Both the position numbers and the translations under genes were made by a program. A stretch of 61,370 nucleotides of DNA, the filler included, from Jimgerdemannia flammicorona (taxonomy: Eukaryota), in assembly GCA_003990765.1 (NCBI GenBank). It is 3 parts of 3 records of this genome, joined end to end, with 100 filler letters (N's around TTAATTAATTAA, not from the genome) between each part and the next. Parts side by side here need not be neighbours in the genome. Positions count along the whole stretch, not along the records: positions 1 to 20,396 come from RBNJ01001693.1; positions 20,497 to 40,887 come from RBNJ01001694.1; 1 more part is not named here. The stretch is one strand, 5' to 3'. The notes below the pieces were generated by a model. That model worked only from the letters and a program-made list of their open reading frames with translations. It was not told where the DNA came from and made no database searches. Below are positions 13,360 to 26,900 of this stretch, piece after piece. Positions within the stretch are counted from its first letter, which is position 1. The number at the start of each line of letters is the position of its first letter.

Positions 13360-14250
13360 TTAGAAATCAACATCCTCGTTGATTGAGAAATTGAGAACCA
13401 GGGGAGAAAAAGGTGGAGAATCTTCCTCAGGGGCAGGGGGGGTGGTTGTTGCTGATGGCTCGCTGTCCAGGATGGAGAAGTCGATGAGGTCTGCAAATGG
13501 TTCCTATACTGGGATAGGTGCTGGTATAAGGGTTCTCTATCTGATGCAGTTGTGGCCATCCAAGTAGGGCTCTTGATCTTCATGTCTGGAAATATCCATT
13601 CAAATAGGTGGTCCTTCAAAGAGGTCAGAGAGGCCTTGGAGCCATTGGTCAGAGTTGTCATTCAGGAGGGGGCTCCAGTAGGGTTCGCAGTCAGTAGACT
13701 TGAGGGTAATCCAGGAGTTGGCTTCTTAGGTGACCTTGACTTCTAGGGCATTGACCTCAGGGAAAGAGAGGTTCTAGAAGTCCTTCAGTTGTATGTAGTT
13801 GAGGTTGGGGATCATGAAGGGTGCATGGTACATGATTTGATGGACCTTCTTGGCAAGTCTTTGCTTGTACCTGTCTAGGTGAGTCCAGTCAGAGACTTGG
13901 TCCATGGGCAGGTCCTTTGCACATTGGAGGAGTTGATGGCCAATCTTGTATTCGTACCAGATTTCTAGGCAGCTGGTAGCAAGGTAGGCCCTTTCAATGA
14001 GTTCACAGCAGTCAAGGACATACTGTCCTAGGTCTGGGCTGGAGAGGTTAAGGGCCTCAGAGCAGTGGTTCCTTCTTTGGATGGCAACCTGGATGTGTCC
14101 AAAGAGGTGGTCAACCTGGCTAGGGAGGGGCTGGCTATGGTGGGCAGTTTGGCGGTGGGTGGCAGGTATTCTTGTCTTGTCTTTTCTTTGTGAGGAAAGG
14201 GGGATGAGAGTTGCAGGGTATTCTTGCCTTGGGTATTTATACTTATTCAC
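13360..14250 (-). pseudogene. Extra ORF3 (~290 aa, unknown function) between pol and PPT, duplicated copy
   Basis: Frame NKYKYPRQEYP...LNYIQLKDF continues through decay stops to ...LNFSINEDVDF*, ending at the PPT. Paralogous to 15499-16409. Confidence 0.6.
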
Positions 14251-14696
14251 CCATCTGATGTGATCTTCCTTTGGTCATGCTTTCTGGCAAAATGCATGAC
14301 CTATGCTATAAGTGGAGCATATGCTGGTCACATGAGGAAATCTTGATTTCAAAGATCTTGTCACCTATAGTTGTGGTTACACAGGGTTAACAGGTCTTGG
14401 TCCACTTTTTTTTTTGTCTGGTTGGCGCATTTGTGAGGACTGGCCATCCTTGTCTAGGGCGAGGGCTCCTATTGTCATGGCTGGGGGTTCAAACCTCTCG
14501 GAAATAGACTTTCTTGTAATCCGAGGCAATTCTTAGTAACAATATCTGTCACGTGGATAGACTTAGACTGGTTTCGACATTGTCAGCTTTCCTAAGTTTC
14601 ACATGAAGTGTCCATCATCATCCAGCAGAGATGACACAGATGGTGTGAAATGGAGTTGTTCAAATGCATTTTGCTGTACTGTACTAGATTGTTCTT

Positions 14697-15487
14697 GTAA
14701 TAACTCTCACTTCTATCCCTCTCTTATCCTTAGGATAATTAGGGAAGTGGACTATTACTTAGGGACTTAGTATACAATGTATACCAAGAAGCCTTCAGTT
14801 GAGGAAGCGCTTGCTTAAAGTAGTTGTAGTGGCAGTGCCTTATCTTTCAAAGGTCTTTCTGGTTTGTCTTCTGTTTCAAAGGTCTTTCTCTTGTGCCCTA
14901 TTTCGAGGGTCTTGTTCTTTGCTATGCACAGACTGAATTTGCCTTGGAATTCAGGTTCAATGGGTTTACTTAAGTCTTTAGGGATTTATATACTGGTCTC
15001 AGTTCTGGCAGAAGTTAGCTAGGCTTCTGGAGTTTAGTCAGAAATACTAGAGTTACTTAGATGTCATTACTAAGACTCAGGAGAATGTGTGTGTGTGTGG
15101 GGGACTTGATTCTTGTATCAAGGACTGAACTAAAACTCCTTTATTTCAGATGGAAACTGGGGGGTATTTATACAAGTTGGTCCGTGATTTCTGACTAAGT
15201 ATGAGTGACTAATTTGGTAACTATAATGAGGTTTGTGATCGCGACCTTTGTCAGGTGGTTTTTGGCAAAAACAACTTTGTGATCAGGACCTCAATTACTA
15301 GGCAATGATCAGCAACTGTGGCAACTGTTGCTGCGGCGCCGATTGTTGGGGATAAGCTGGATATCGTTTTCCACATTGTTTCGCATCATTTGTTTGTTCG
15401 TTATTCATATGCCATGCTCGATCGTATGATGAGATCATCGCTGGGTCACATGATTGCTTGTCATTTGTCATTCGTTGTTCTATTACA
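14697..15487 (-). repeat. 3' LTR (inner copy) of Gypsy-1
   Basis: Same TG...CA termini, with PPT at 15488-15499. Confidence 0.9.
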
Positions 15488-15498
15488 TCCTTCCCCCC

Positions 15499-16409
15499 TT
15501 AGAAATCAATGTCCTCGTTGATTGAGAAATTGAGAACCAGGGGAGAGAAAGGTGGGGAATCCTCCTCATGGTCATTACCATCTTCTTCAAGGGCAGGGGG
15601 GGTGGTGGTTGCAGATGGCTCACTGTCCAGGGTGGAGAAGTCAATGAGGTCTGCAAATGGTTCTTGCATTGGGATAGGTGCTGGTGTAGGGGTTCTCCAT
15701 CTGATGCAGTTGGGGCCATCCAAGTAGGGCTCTTGATCTTCATGTCTGGGAATATCCATTCAAATAGGTGGTCCTTCAAAGAGGTCAGAGAGACCTTGGA
15801 GCCATTGGTCAGGGTTGTCATTCAGGAGGGGGCTCCAGTAGGGTTTGCAGTCAGTAGACTTGAGGGTAATCCAGGAGTTGGCTTCTTGGGCGACCTTGAC
15901 TTCTAGGGCATCGACCTCGGGGAAAGAGAGGTTCTGGAAGTTCTTTAGTTGTATGTAGTTGAGGTTGGGAATTGCGAAGGGTGCATGGCATATAATTTGA
16001 TAGACCTTCTTGGCAAGTCTTTGCTCGTGCCTGTCTAGTTGAGTCCAGTCAGAGACTTGGTCTGTGGGCAGGTCCTTTGCACATTGGAGGAGTTGATGGC
16101 CAATCTTGTATTCATGCCAGATTTCTAGGTAGCTGGTAGCAAGGTAGGCCCTTTCAATGAGTTCATGGCAGTCAAGGATATACTGTCCTAGGTCTGGGCT
16201 AGAGAGGTTAAGGACCTCTGAGTGGCAGTTCCTTCCTTGGATGGCAACCTAGATGTGTCCAAAGAGGTGGTCAACCTGGCTAGGGAGGGGCTGGCTATGC
16301 TGGGCAGTTTGGCGGCGGGTGGCAGGCATTCTTGTCTTGTCTTTTCTTTGTGAGGAAAGGGGGATGAGAGTTGCGGGATATTCTTGCCTTGGGTATTTAT
16401 ACTTATTCA
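15499..16409 (-). pseudogene. Extra ORF3 of Gypsy-1 (original copy)
   Basis: Ends ...EEDSPPFSPLVLNFSINEDIDF* abutting the PPT. Sense to pol. Confidence 0.6.
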
Positions 16410-16974
16410 CCTGTCTGATGTGACCTTTCTTTGGTCATGCTTTCTGGCAAAATGCATGACCTGTGCTGTAAGCGGAGTATATGCTGGTCACATGAGGAAA
16501 TCCTGATTTCAAAGATCTCATCACCTGTAGTTGTGGTTACACAGGGTTAACAGGTCTTGGTCCACTTGTTTTTTTTTCTGGTTGGCGCATTTGTGAGGAC
16601 TGGCCATCCTTGTCTAGGGCGAGGGCTCTCATTGTCAATGCTGGGGGTTTGAACCTCTTGGAAATAGACTTTCTTATAATCTGAGGCAATTCTTTAGTAA
16701 CAATATCTGTCACGTGGATGGACTTAGACTGGTTTCGACATTGTCAGCTTTCCTAAGTTTCACATGAAGCGTCCGTCATCATCCAGCAGAGATGATACAG
16801 ATGATGTAAAATGGAGTTATTCGAATGCGTTTTGCTGTACTGTACTAGATTGTTCTTTTGCTCAGGTATCTTCTTGTTGGTTATCCATAGTATTCCTTTT
16901 TTCACAATGTTTGGTATTATATGTTTCCAGTTAAAAATGTGTGGTATCTTTCTGTTCGCGGTGTGCTCCTATAC

Positions 16975-19900
16975 TTAGAGCTGTAGTTCCTTCCTTTGCT
17001 GGGGGGTGAGTGTTTCCATATAGTCCTGGAGGGCTTGGCATGCATTCTTCTGGACTTCTTCTTTTTCCCAGGTGGCATCATGGGTGGGGTAACTCTTCCA
17101 CTTAATCAGGAAAAAGCGCTTGACTGTTTTGGGATATTTGTGGACCTTGTGGTCAAGTACTTCCTCAATTTCAAATTCCTCATGATCATTGATCCTAATT
17201 GGGGGTGGTGGTGGAACTGTATGCTCAGGGAATGGGTTCTCACAGTAGTCCACCAATTGGCTGATATGGAATACTGGGTATACCCAGATATTGTGGGGAA
17301 GTTGCAACTTGTAGTTGACTTCGCTGATTCTTTCCACTATCTTGTATGGTCCAATTCTTCTAGCACAGAGTTTCTTGGCTGGTTGTTGTACTAGGGTGTC
17401 AGGGTGGAGATAGTCTGTTCTAAGCATGACCTTGTCACCAATATTGTAGGAGGCTTCTCTTCGCTTCAAGTTCGCGTACTTGGTCTGGTAGTCTTGTACT
17501 TCTATGAGAGCATCTCTTGTCATTCATGTAAGGTCAGAAATGGTCTCGGCCAGATCTTGGGCTGCTGGGACTACTGATTTTGCAGTAGTACTTAGGGTCC
17601 TTGGATGTTGACCATGGTTCAGGAAGAATGGAGTCTTCTTTGTGGAGGTTTGCTGACTGTTATTGTAGGCAAACTCGGCATGGGCTAGGTACTTGTCCCA
17701 ATCATTTTGCTTGTAACAGCAGAAGATGCTAAGCATCTGTTTGAGAGTCCTGTTTGTTCGCTCAGTTTGACTGTCAGTCTGAGGGTGGTAGGCAGTAGAG
17801 AACTTCAGCTTGGTTCCATGGAGGGAGAAAAATGCCTTCCAGAAGTTGCTTGTGAACTTGGCATCTTAGTCAGATACAATGGTGCTAGGCATGCCATGTA
17901 GCCTGAATACTTGGTTGAGGAAGATCTCGGCAATCTCTGATGCTGTAGCAGTGGTCTTGGTGGGTGCAAAATGGGCTTGTTTACTTAGGTGGTCCATGAA
18001 TACCATTATGGCATCCCATCCTGCCTTGGTCTTGGGGAGTTGGACAATGAAGTCCATCGCAATCTGGTCCCAATTGTGACTTGGGATAGGCAAGGGTTGC
18101 AGGAGTCCTACTGGTAGCTTGTTATCACTTTTGAACCTTTGGCACATCTTGCATGAGGCCACAAAGTCTTTGATATCCTTGGTCATCTTTGGCTAGTAGA
18201 ACTCTCTTGAGAGGAGGTTGTAGGTCTTTTCAAAACCAAAGTGTCCTGCTGCAGGAGTATCATGGAGTTCCTGCATGATTTTGAGTTGCAGAGTATCATT
18301 GTTGGGTACAACCACTCTGTTGTGGTCCCTGTAGATAAGTCCATCATGGTAGGTGAATCTCTTGGCCATTTGCCTCATGGGTTCTGGAACCTTGGCCTCT
18401 GGGTCTTGGCAGAACTGAAGGAAATTCATCAGGGGGCTGTCTTGCTGATAGCCATCCTTGATCATTTGGGTAAGATCTCCAATTACTTCGACCATGAAGA
18501 CAAGTTCATCTTCCATGTACCTGGAGAAACCATCAGTCACATGGTTGGTTTTGCCTGGGATGTACTTGATTTCCATATCAAAGTTGGCAATGACTTCCAT
18601 CCAGCGGGCTTGTCTGTGGGTCAGCATGGGCTGTGTGTGAATATACCTCAGTATATAGTGATCAGTGTAGGCCACAAATGGCTGTCCTAGGAGGAAATGG
18701 CACCATTCCTGGAGTGCAGTGATAATAGCCAGGAGTTCCTTCTCATGGGTGGTATACCGAGTCTCAGCTGGCTTGAGCTTTTGGGAAAGGTAGGCCATGG
18801 GGTGGTCTTCTTGACTGAGCACTGCTCCAATAGCAATGTCAGAGGCATCTGTGGTCAGAGTGAATGGTCTGGTAGGGTCAGGTGTAATTAGCACTGGGGC
18901 CTTAGTTAGGAGTCTCTTGAGATGGTCCATAGCCAGGGTGCATTCAGGGGTCCATTCAGCTTTGATGTTTACTCCTTTATGGGCCAGGCTAGTCAATGGG
19001 GCTGCAATAGCAGAGTATCCTTGGATAAACCTTCGGTAATAACCGGTAATACCCAGGAAGCATTGGAGTAGCTTGAAGGTAGTGGGGATAGGGATATCCT
19101 TAAGAGCTGATACTTTTCAGGGGTCCACGTTGATACCTTCAGCAGAGATGATGTGTCCTAAGTACTCGATCTGGTCTTGGTAAAACTTGCACTTACTCAT
19201 CTTGGCATAGAGCTGGTGTTCTCGCAGAAGAGTCAGTACTTGTCTAAGGTGGGTGTAGTGTAGCTCTACTGTCTCGCTGTAGATTAGTATATCATCAATA
19301 TATACAAGAACACAGATGTTGAGGAGTGGTCCAAAGATGTCATTCATCAGGTACTGGAATGTTGCTGGTGCATTGGTCAATCTAAAAGGCATGACTCAGA
19401 ACTGGTAGTGTCCAAACCGTGTTCAGAAAGCTGTCTTCTTAATGTCCTTCTCATCAATGAGAATCTGGTGATAGCCATTTCGCAAATCCAACAGAGAAAA
19501 GGTCTTGGCCTTGAAGATTTGCTGTAGAAACTCATCAATCCTGGGCAAGGCATACCGATTCTTGATAGTGATCTTGTTGAGGGCTCTGTAGTCAATACAC
19601 ATTCACAGAGAGCCATCCTTCTTCTTGACAAATAGAATGGGGGCTCCAAATGGGGAGCGGTTGGGTTCAATGTATCTTTGGGCCAGTAGTTTGGTCAATT
19701 CATCCTTGAGGGTCTTGAGCTCGGGTTGGGCTAGTTGATAGATACTCTTGTATGGGGGTTCAGATCCTGGAATAAGATCAATTCCATGTTAGATTTGGTG
19801 CTTGGGTGGGAGTCCTTGAGGATCTTGGAATACATCTTGGAATTCTTCGAATAGTTCTTGAGCTTCTGTTGGAATTGGGCTACTTGTGGCTTCAGTGACT

Positions 19901-20396
19901 TCTTGTACTGTACAGATGAAGTAGGTCTTTCCCTTTTTTTGAGAGAGTCTCTTCATTTAAATGGCAGAGATGATTTCGATTCCTTGGTAGTTGGTACCTT
20001 CCTGGGGTATCAGGGTGATCTTTCTGCCTTCATGGGTCAGGTTAACCTCGTTGGTTCTCCAGTTGATGTCTGGGTTGTGCTGGGTCAACCAGGCTTTTCC
20101 TAAGATAATGTCTTGTCCTGGGAGGTCTACAATGCTGAAGTCCAACTTCTCTTGATATTTGCCAATCTTGAGCCAAAGGTCTTCACAGATCTTAGGCAAT
20201 GGTGCAGTCTTTCCATCACTGAAGGTAACACTTCTTTTCTCAGTAGTTGGTCTGCTTTGGGCTCCAATTCTCTTGGTGGTCTTAGTGCTGATGTAGTTTC
20301 CAGTAGCACCACTATCAAGCAAGATATTGACATTTTGTCTGTGGACTTGGCCTGTGAACTTGATGCAACTATCCTCCTTCTTGATGGTATTGAGCT
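16975..20396 (-). mobile_element. pol: Gypsy-1 chromovirus pol (protease-RT-RNaseH-integrase-chromodomain), degenerate; 5' part lost at the gap
   Basis: [62 protein letters not shown], and chromodomain FEIEEVLDH...FLIKWKSYPTHDATWE. Confidence 0.95.
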
Positions 20397-20496
20397 NNNN
20401 NNNNNNNNNNNNNNNNNNNNNNNNNNNNNNNNNNNNNNNNTTAATTAATTAANNNNNNNNNNNNNNNNNNNNNNNNNNNNNNNNNNNNNNNNNNNN
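20397..20496. other. Artificial assembly spacer (N44-TTAATTAATTAA-N44)
   Basis: Exactly 100 bp with a six-frame stop linker; repeated at 40888-40987. Confidence 0.97.
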
Positions 20497-20527
<31 letters not shown>

Positions 20528-20529
20528 CT

Positions 20530-23170
20530 ATAACCTCTATCAGTACAATAAGTCTACCAATTAAGTACTAGCCAGTTTACTATAACTACTGCTAATTCTA
20601 ATCAAAAAATTTGAGTAAGTTATAATAGACTTTATAACTTAACTACTATGAACTCAGTCTGGTGCTAATACTATTATCATATTTATTAACTGCTTAACTA
20701 AGACTATGATTGTTAAATCCACTACTATCAATACTACTATATCTAAGATTGTAAGAATCTTCTTCAAGTCTATCTTCTATGTATCACTATGGTCTATTAT
20801 GAGTAATTAGTAGTAACTGTGACTCTAAGTTCATCAGTTACTTCTGGCAAACTCTCTTTAAGACTCTGGAAATTTAATTGGTCATATTGACTGTCTTTTA
20901 TCTATAAACTAATAAACAAACTAAATACATGAACAGAACCTTAGAGAAAATGCTCAGAAACTATATTTTTTATAAGTAAGATAATTGAGACTACTATTTA
21001 ACTTATACAGAATTTATATATAATAATGTTATCTAATTATCACCTTTCTCTACTATCTTACCAGTTATAAGATTTGGTAGACAATCTTCTGAGTCCACTT
21101 TCTCTAACTTTTACCCTCTCTATCTTAGATTGGTTTACTATATCTGATGCAGGGCAATAGGAGAGAGACAATAGTAATGAGTTACCTCTTTATTGGTATC
21201 TGATTAGTGTTTTCTTTACTTTTTTATAGTTTCTGATATCTCTAGTTATATTTGAGATATACTTATTTTGATATAATACTTTCTTCCTTTTATCATTATC
21301 AATAAGATATCATCTGGAGTATTATGGACTATATATAGAGTCAGCCAACCTTGAGTGTCAAGTACTAGTATAAGTTATCTGCAGATCTTCAGTATCTGTA
21401 GTAGAGCCTTCTGAGCTTTAGTGAGCTTTCTGGTAAGTACAGTTCTGGTATAAGTAACTGCTTTTCAGATGGAGTCAGAATGGAAGAAGAGATGACCATC
21501 ATAGATAAAAGGAAGAGTAATTATAGTAAATCAGTAGAGTACTAGGCTGGGGGTAGTTATTGGAGCTAGGGTGAGTACTATATTAGTAAGGTCTTCTAAT
21601 TAGTATGGAGTGGTTAGGTAGTAGATATTACTCTTAACTACTTTTAGTAATTTGTAGAGTTGGACTCTGGTTGTTGGGGATAGTCAAGGGGCCTAAGGCT
21701 ACCCAGATCAGACATCTTTGCTATACTTAACTGGAACTGGGAACTGATATGGCAATATAATTAAAGCTTACAAACTTGAGCAGTGGGATATTAGGAGTCT
21801 CCTCTCACCTAATATATAAGTTCTCTACTTATCTTATTAGGAAGAACCAGATTCTACCCACTATTCTATACTTTGAGAAGAGTTTTTCTTTACCTGTTAC
21901 TCTTATTGGGATAATAGAAGCTATGTGAATCAGCTTAGGTATGGTCTTGTATATATATTGGAATTTCAGATATATACCTAAAAGTATATATTTATTACTC
22001 TCTGGTAATAGAAAGAGTATAGTATACAGATTGAGATATAGGCAATTTTGCCCTACTATATCTAATATAGTTATATAAGCTACTGGACAATAGCTAGTCT
22101 AGGTTTAATAGAGGTATAGTGCTCAGTGGGTAGTGGGGGAGGGTTTCAGCCTATATAGTCTAGATTCTCTTCTAATAAAATCTATGAGACTTCAGATCTA
22201 TTAAAAAAAAAAACAAAAAAAAAATTCTATCTAATTATCTACTGGTCTTTTTCCCTTTTAGCTACTTTATAGTCAAGACTTTAAGATCTCTACAAATCTC
22301 TACTGCCAAGAACCTCATAGACAAGATGGATAAACTACTCAAGATTACTATTATAAATCTTCAGAAAGCTCAACAGCACTAAGTTAAATATGCTAATATA
22401 CTATAATATTATATATATTATTAGAGATTAAGTTCTACTGTCTACTGAGAGTCTCAAGATATAATCTCAAGTCAACTGCCTATCAAATAAATTTTAACTC
22501 AAGTTATTAGACTCTTTAAGATTACTAAATAAGTTTTAGCATCTTTCTATTATCTTAAGTTATCTGAAACTATGAGAATATATTTAGTCTTTTATATATT
22601 ACATCTTAAGACCTGAAACTAGTTACCATTCTATCTTGATCAAATTTCCAAGCTATCTATCTCTATAATTATCAAAGATTATATTAAATACAAAGTTGAG
22701 AAAATTTTGATAAATGAATCCACTACCATAGTCCTAAATATCTGATTAAGTAAATAGGCTACTTTAAATATGATACTATCTGAGAACTACTGGTTAATCT
22801 CAAAAACTCTCAAGATCTAGTTTAAGACTTTGAGGCAAAATATATTATCTAATCTCTATAGTAACTTTCTTAGATTATTGATAATCTATAGTAATAACTA
22901 GTGTTTTATATATCAGAAGTATACTTTGGGACCCTGAAATTAGCAGAATATCTAGTGAATAAGAAGTATATTAAAATAAAGCTACTAGCTAGATTTGAGC
23001 CTCTTTCAGATAGTTAGTCTAGTAATAGGTTCTCTGCTCTATATAAGAATAGCTAGTTCTTACTAATATATTAATATAAGTTTAAGAAATTTTAGTTAAG
23101 TATATTTAGTCTTATGTAACTTAAGAACTCAATAAGAATATTGATTCTTAAAGAGAAAGAGATATAATAA
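20530..23170 (+). mobile_element. Heavily mutated chromovirus relic (integrase, chromodomain, 3' region/PPT), interrupted by S1 copy 3
   Basis: Residual KKFE.V..DF..QL, EF.YNN.IQ.STGL.PF across the S1 insertion, and YKVEKIL...YLIK.IGY..YD.IWE. The end at ~23130-23165 resembles the Gypsy-1 ORF3 stop/PPT junction. Confidence 0.7.
21042..22224 (+). mobile_element. S1 retroposon copy 3 (old, subfamily b), full length
   Basis: Starts CCTTTCTCTACTATCTTACC. Poly(A) at 22203-22224. TSD TATCTAATTATC at 21030 and 22228. Confidence 0.85.
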
Positions 23171-23961
23171 TTTTATAGTTATATTTTAGCCTTAGTACTT
23201 TTTCATATCTTTCTGCTAGTCTTTTCTTATTTTTTTCTCAATACTAAGTAGTACTAAGTATCTAGTTATAAAATCTTTTAGAATATTATAGAATTCTATT
23301 AGTCATCTTTACTGAGAACTTATTTTTTGATCTTTCTTTTCTTTTCCAAAGATCCTTTTTTTAGATCTTATATAAATATCCTTATTCTCTACTTAAATAA
23401 AGCTCAGAATAGTTTCTCTCAGAATTTCTTTAAGAATACTTGAATCTATAAGTATCTCTTCAAGCTACTTTAGACTTACTAGAACTATTAGATTTAGTTA
23501 CTTCTTCTTAAATTTTTTTTTATTTTTAACTTTGCTATTTATTATCCATCTATCATATATAATTACAATATCTCCTTATACTACCCAATGTTACTTCTTC
23601 TTAAAGAAACTAGAACTATTACACAATATATAAAATATTTTATTTTATATTATATATATCTATATTAAAATATAAAATATTACTATTAATCTATTAATAA
23701 GAATAGTAATTACTATTTCTTTCTATAATATAATATATATATAATTAGTTATACTATACTATATAGATAATATTCTAATAATTATTTAATTACTTAAGAA
23801 ATATCTTATATAAAATATCTTACTAAAATCTGTTAAGACTGATCTATATATATATTACTAGAATAATGACTTATCTCTGACAAACTTCAGAATATTAAAT
23901 CTATATATCGGAAATAAAATATAGATATAGTTATATATATAGAGTATAGATATGAGAGATA

Positions 23962-26900
23962 CCTTTCTCAGCTATCATTCATGTTACACACACTTTTACA
24001 ACATACTTTCAAGTTATTTATTGGAGAAAGATACTAAGACAATGGCAAACAGCAAGTAATCTGGGGTGTATACTGAGCAGAGCAGCCCTAGTGCATTCAA
24101 CTGGCAGCAGGTGGAGAGAGGTTCTGGTCTGGGGGGAGGCATGAGGGGGCTGTTGACAGGAGGATGAGGAGGAGGAGGAGGCAGTGGTGGAGGACAGGGG
24201 TCTGAGAGAGTGAGCTTTGCGGAGACAGTGGAGGGGAGGCAGCAGACATCTGAGCTGGAGGGTTGGCTGAAAAAAGGCAAGGAGATGGAAAAGACAGTAG
24301 TTCGCAGGAGAGTAGTCCTTGGTGGTGAGGGCAGTGGAGCTGGAGGAGTAGTGGCTGGGGGGAGTGTGATGGCTGATGGTAACGGGACTGCCAATCTGGA
24401 AAAAAAATTCAGATATGACTGCTGATAGCATGGCTGAGCAACTGAGGCTTGGAAGGCAAGGAGATTTGGCAGATGGTATAATGGGCCTGGCAGTGGCTCT
24501 GTTACTCAAGAAATCAATCTCAGTATTTGCAGTAATGTTGTACTTCTGGGGCCTGACAGTGATGGTGAAAATAGTGCTGGGGCTTATCACTAAACAGGTG
24601 GCTGGAGCAGCATCCATAAAGTTTCTGAAGGGATTGGAGGGAGTAGAGGTGGGCTTTGAGAAGGCTGAGCCTCTGGAGGAAGTACTGAAGGTTGGATTGA
24701 TAGTTGGAGAGGTGTGTATTCCAATAGCACACTGCCTGAAATGAGACTCCAGGGTGGTCCAACTGCTGGTGAAAGGAGTGTCCATGGTGATAGTGGTGGA
24801 GATGAGAAGGAGAGTTGAGGAGATCATAGCAGAGTATAGAGAGATAGTGGATATCAGATTCAGAGTCTAAGAAGGGACGTTGCTCAGGACTGGAGATGTG
24901 GATGTGAGGATTCAGCTGGTAGGAAAAGAAGCTACTGAGAAGGCAAGGGACTGGCCTTCAGAAATGATCTGGGGGGTAATCTTGTGTAAGGTAACGAGGG
25001 TGAAGGGGAGTGAGAAGGAGGAAGAGAACTTGCTAGAGATATTGAAAGAGCTGAGTGGAGTGGTGGAGCAGTGGGCAAAGACTTAGAAGGCTTTTGTGGA
25101 GTCAACACACTTAGAGGTGGTAGATGGGAAGCAGATTTGAGTAGATAAGAGATAATGGGAAAAAGCTCAGAGATGTAAGTGTCAGAAGGAGCTACTGGCT
25201 AAGATGGAATATCAACCACAGAAGGAGACAGGTGGAATGGTAGAAACAGGGGGTACTAAGGCAAGTGTCTGGGCCAACGAAGATAGTAAGAGTACAGGGA
25301 AGAGAACAGGAGAAGACAGGAAAGCAGCTGGCAATGACCTGTATGCTGATGGTATGTTTGAGGTCTGAGAAGGAGACTGGGAGAGATCACCTACCCCTAC
25401 TCCTCTTATTAGATGAGGTCAGGCTTCCCAGAGTAGGGTGGGAGAGGATGTGCCAATGAAGGGAGCCCAGCAAGTGCAATTTGGAGTTCCTGAGGTGGCA
25501 AATAGGAGACAGATGGTGGCAGTTGGAGAGGAGGAACTGGTGGATATCCTGGAGATGTGGGATGAGGCTGCAAGTGCCAGAGCTGACACCATGATGTTGG
25601 ACAGCAGGAGACCAGTAACTCCTGAGGGGAAGGAGGTAGGAAACCTACTTTGGATATACAGGATGATAAATAACCTGGTAGCTGAAGAGTTGAGAGAGGT
25701 GGACTTGAGAGTAATGAGCGATGAGCATTGGGCACAGATTCTGCAGGGAGATGGTGTAGAGTTGGCATTGAAGGCAGAGATTCTTGCAGTGTATCTGGAG
25801 GAGGAAGGATATGAGGTGGATAAGAAGCAGGAGGCAGAGCTAGCAGAGGTTGCTGGTGAGAGGGCCAAATACTATTGGGCCAAGCAATATGGATTGCAGC
25901 TCTGGCAGGAGGCTTGCCTGGAGTACTGAGAGGAGTTTGAGGAGAAGGCAGATAGAGAGATGAATAAGCTATTGGCTGAATTGGAGGCTCAGAGGGCTGA
26001 AGAGGAGACAGTGACTGTGAAACATAATCTGGACATGGCACAAGAAGAGATGAATATGGAGCAGTAGAGATGGACTGGATAAACACACCATACTTCATTA
26101 TAAAGTATACAATCAATATTTTTTCTTTAAATGTGAATGGGTTACAGGGTGCTTTTTGATGTAGAAACATTTTTACTTAGCTGAAGGGATTGGAGGCCAA
26201 TCTTTTTCTCTTGCAGGATGTCAGGTGTAAAGATGATTTGGATAGACTAGAATAGATGAAAGAATGGAGAGGTGAGGCAGTTTGGAAGAGAAAGGTTGGA
26301 ATTCTGGTATGGAAAGGCAGAGGGGAGATAAGAGATATACAGAGCTGGGGGGATAGATTGGTCTGGAGTGAGTGAATATATATAGGATGGGAGCTGGTTA
26401 CAGTGGGCTCCTGTTACTGCCCTGCTGTATGGGGTGAGTATGTGGATTGGGTGAAGGACCTTCAGGAGAGTGGGATCCTTATAGAGGCTGGGGTGGATAT
26501 ACTTGGTGGAGACTACAATATGGTTTGAGATATACTATTGGATAAAACAGATGGAAGATGGGGAGCTGAGGGTCAGAGTGGAGGACTGACAGCATGGGAG
26601 GAAGTAGAAAGGCTGAGTGCTCTGGTAGATGTGAGTAGGGAGTGCTGGGGGGATAAGAGGATATACATGCATTGGGCAGGAGGCTTGGGGATGAGAATTG
26701 ATTGGATTCTAATGGCCAGCTGCTGGGGCTTGGATATTTAGAAGTCACTAGAGGTGGAATGGTGTCCTTGGTCGGATCATTGGGGGCTTTTAGGGCAGAG
26801 GCATTTTGGGGGAAGTGGGGATGGGCCTGGACATTGGTGCCTCAATTCCTCCTTATTAGATAATAAGATCTGGTAGGATGAGTGGGCTGTGGACATTCAA

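Noticed and set aside
20441..20452. TTAATTAATTAA palindrome inside N runs (also 40932-40943)
   Set aside because: Artificial six-frame-stop contig linker; adjacency across it should not be trusted.
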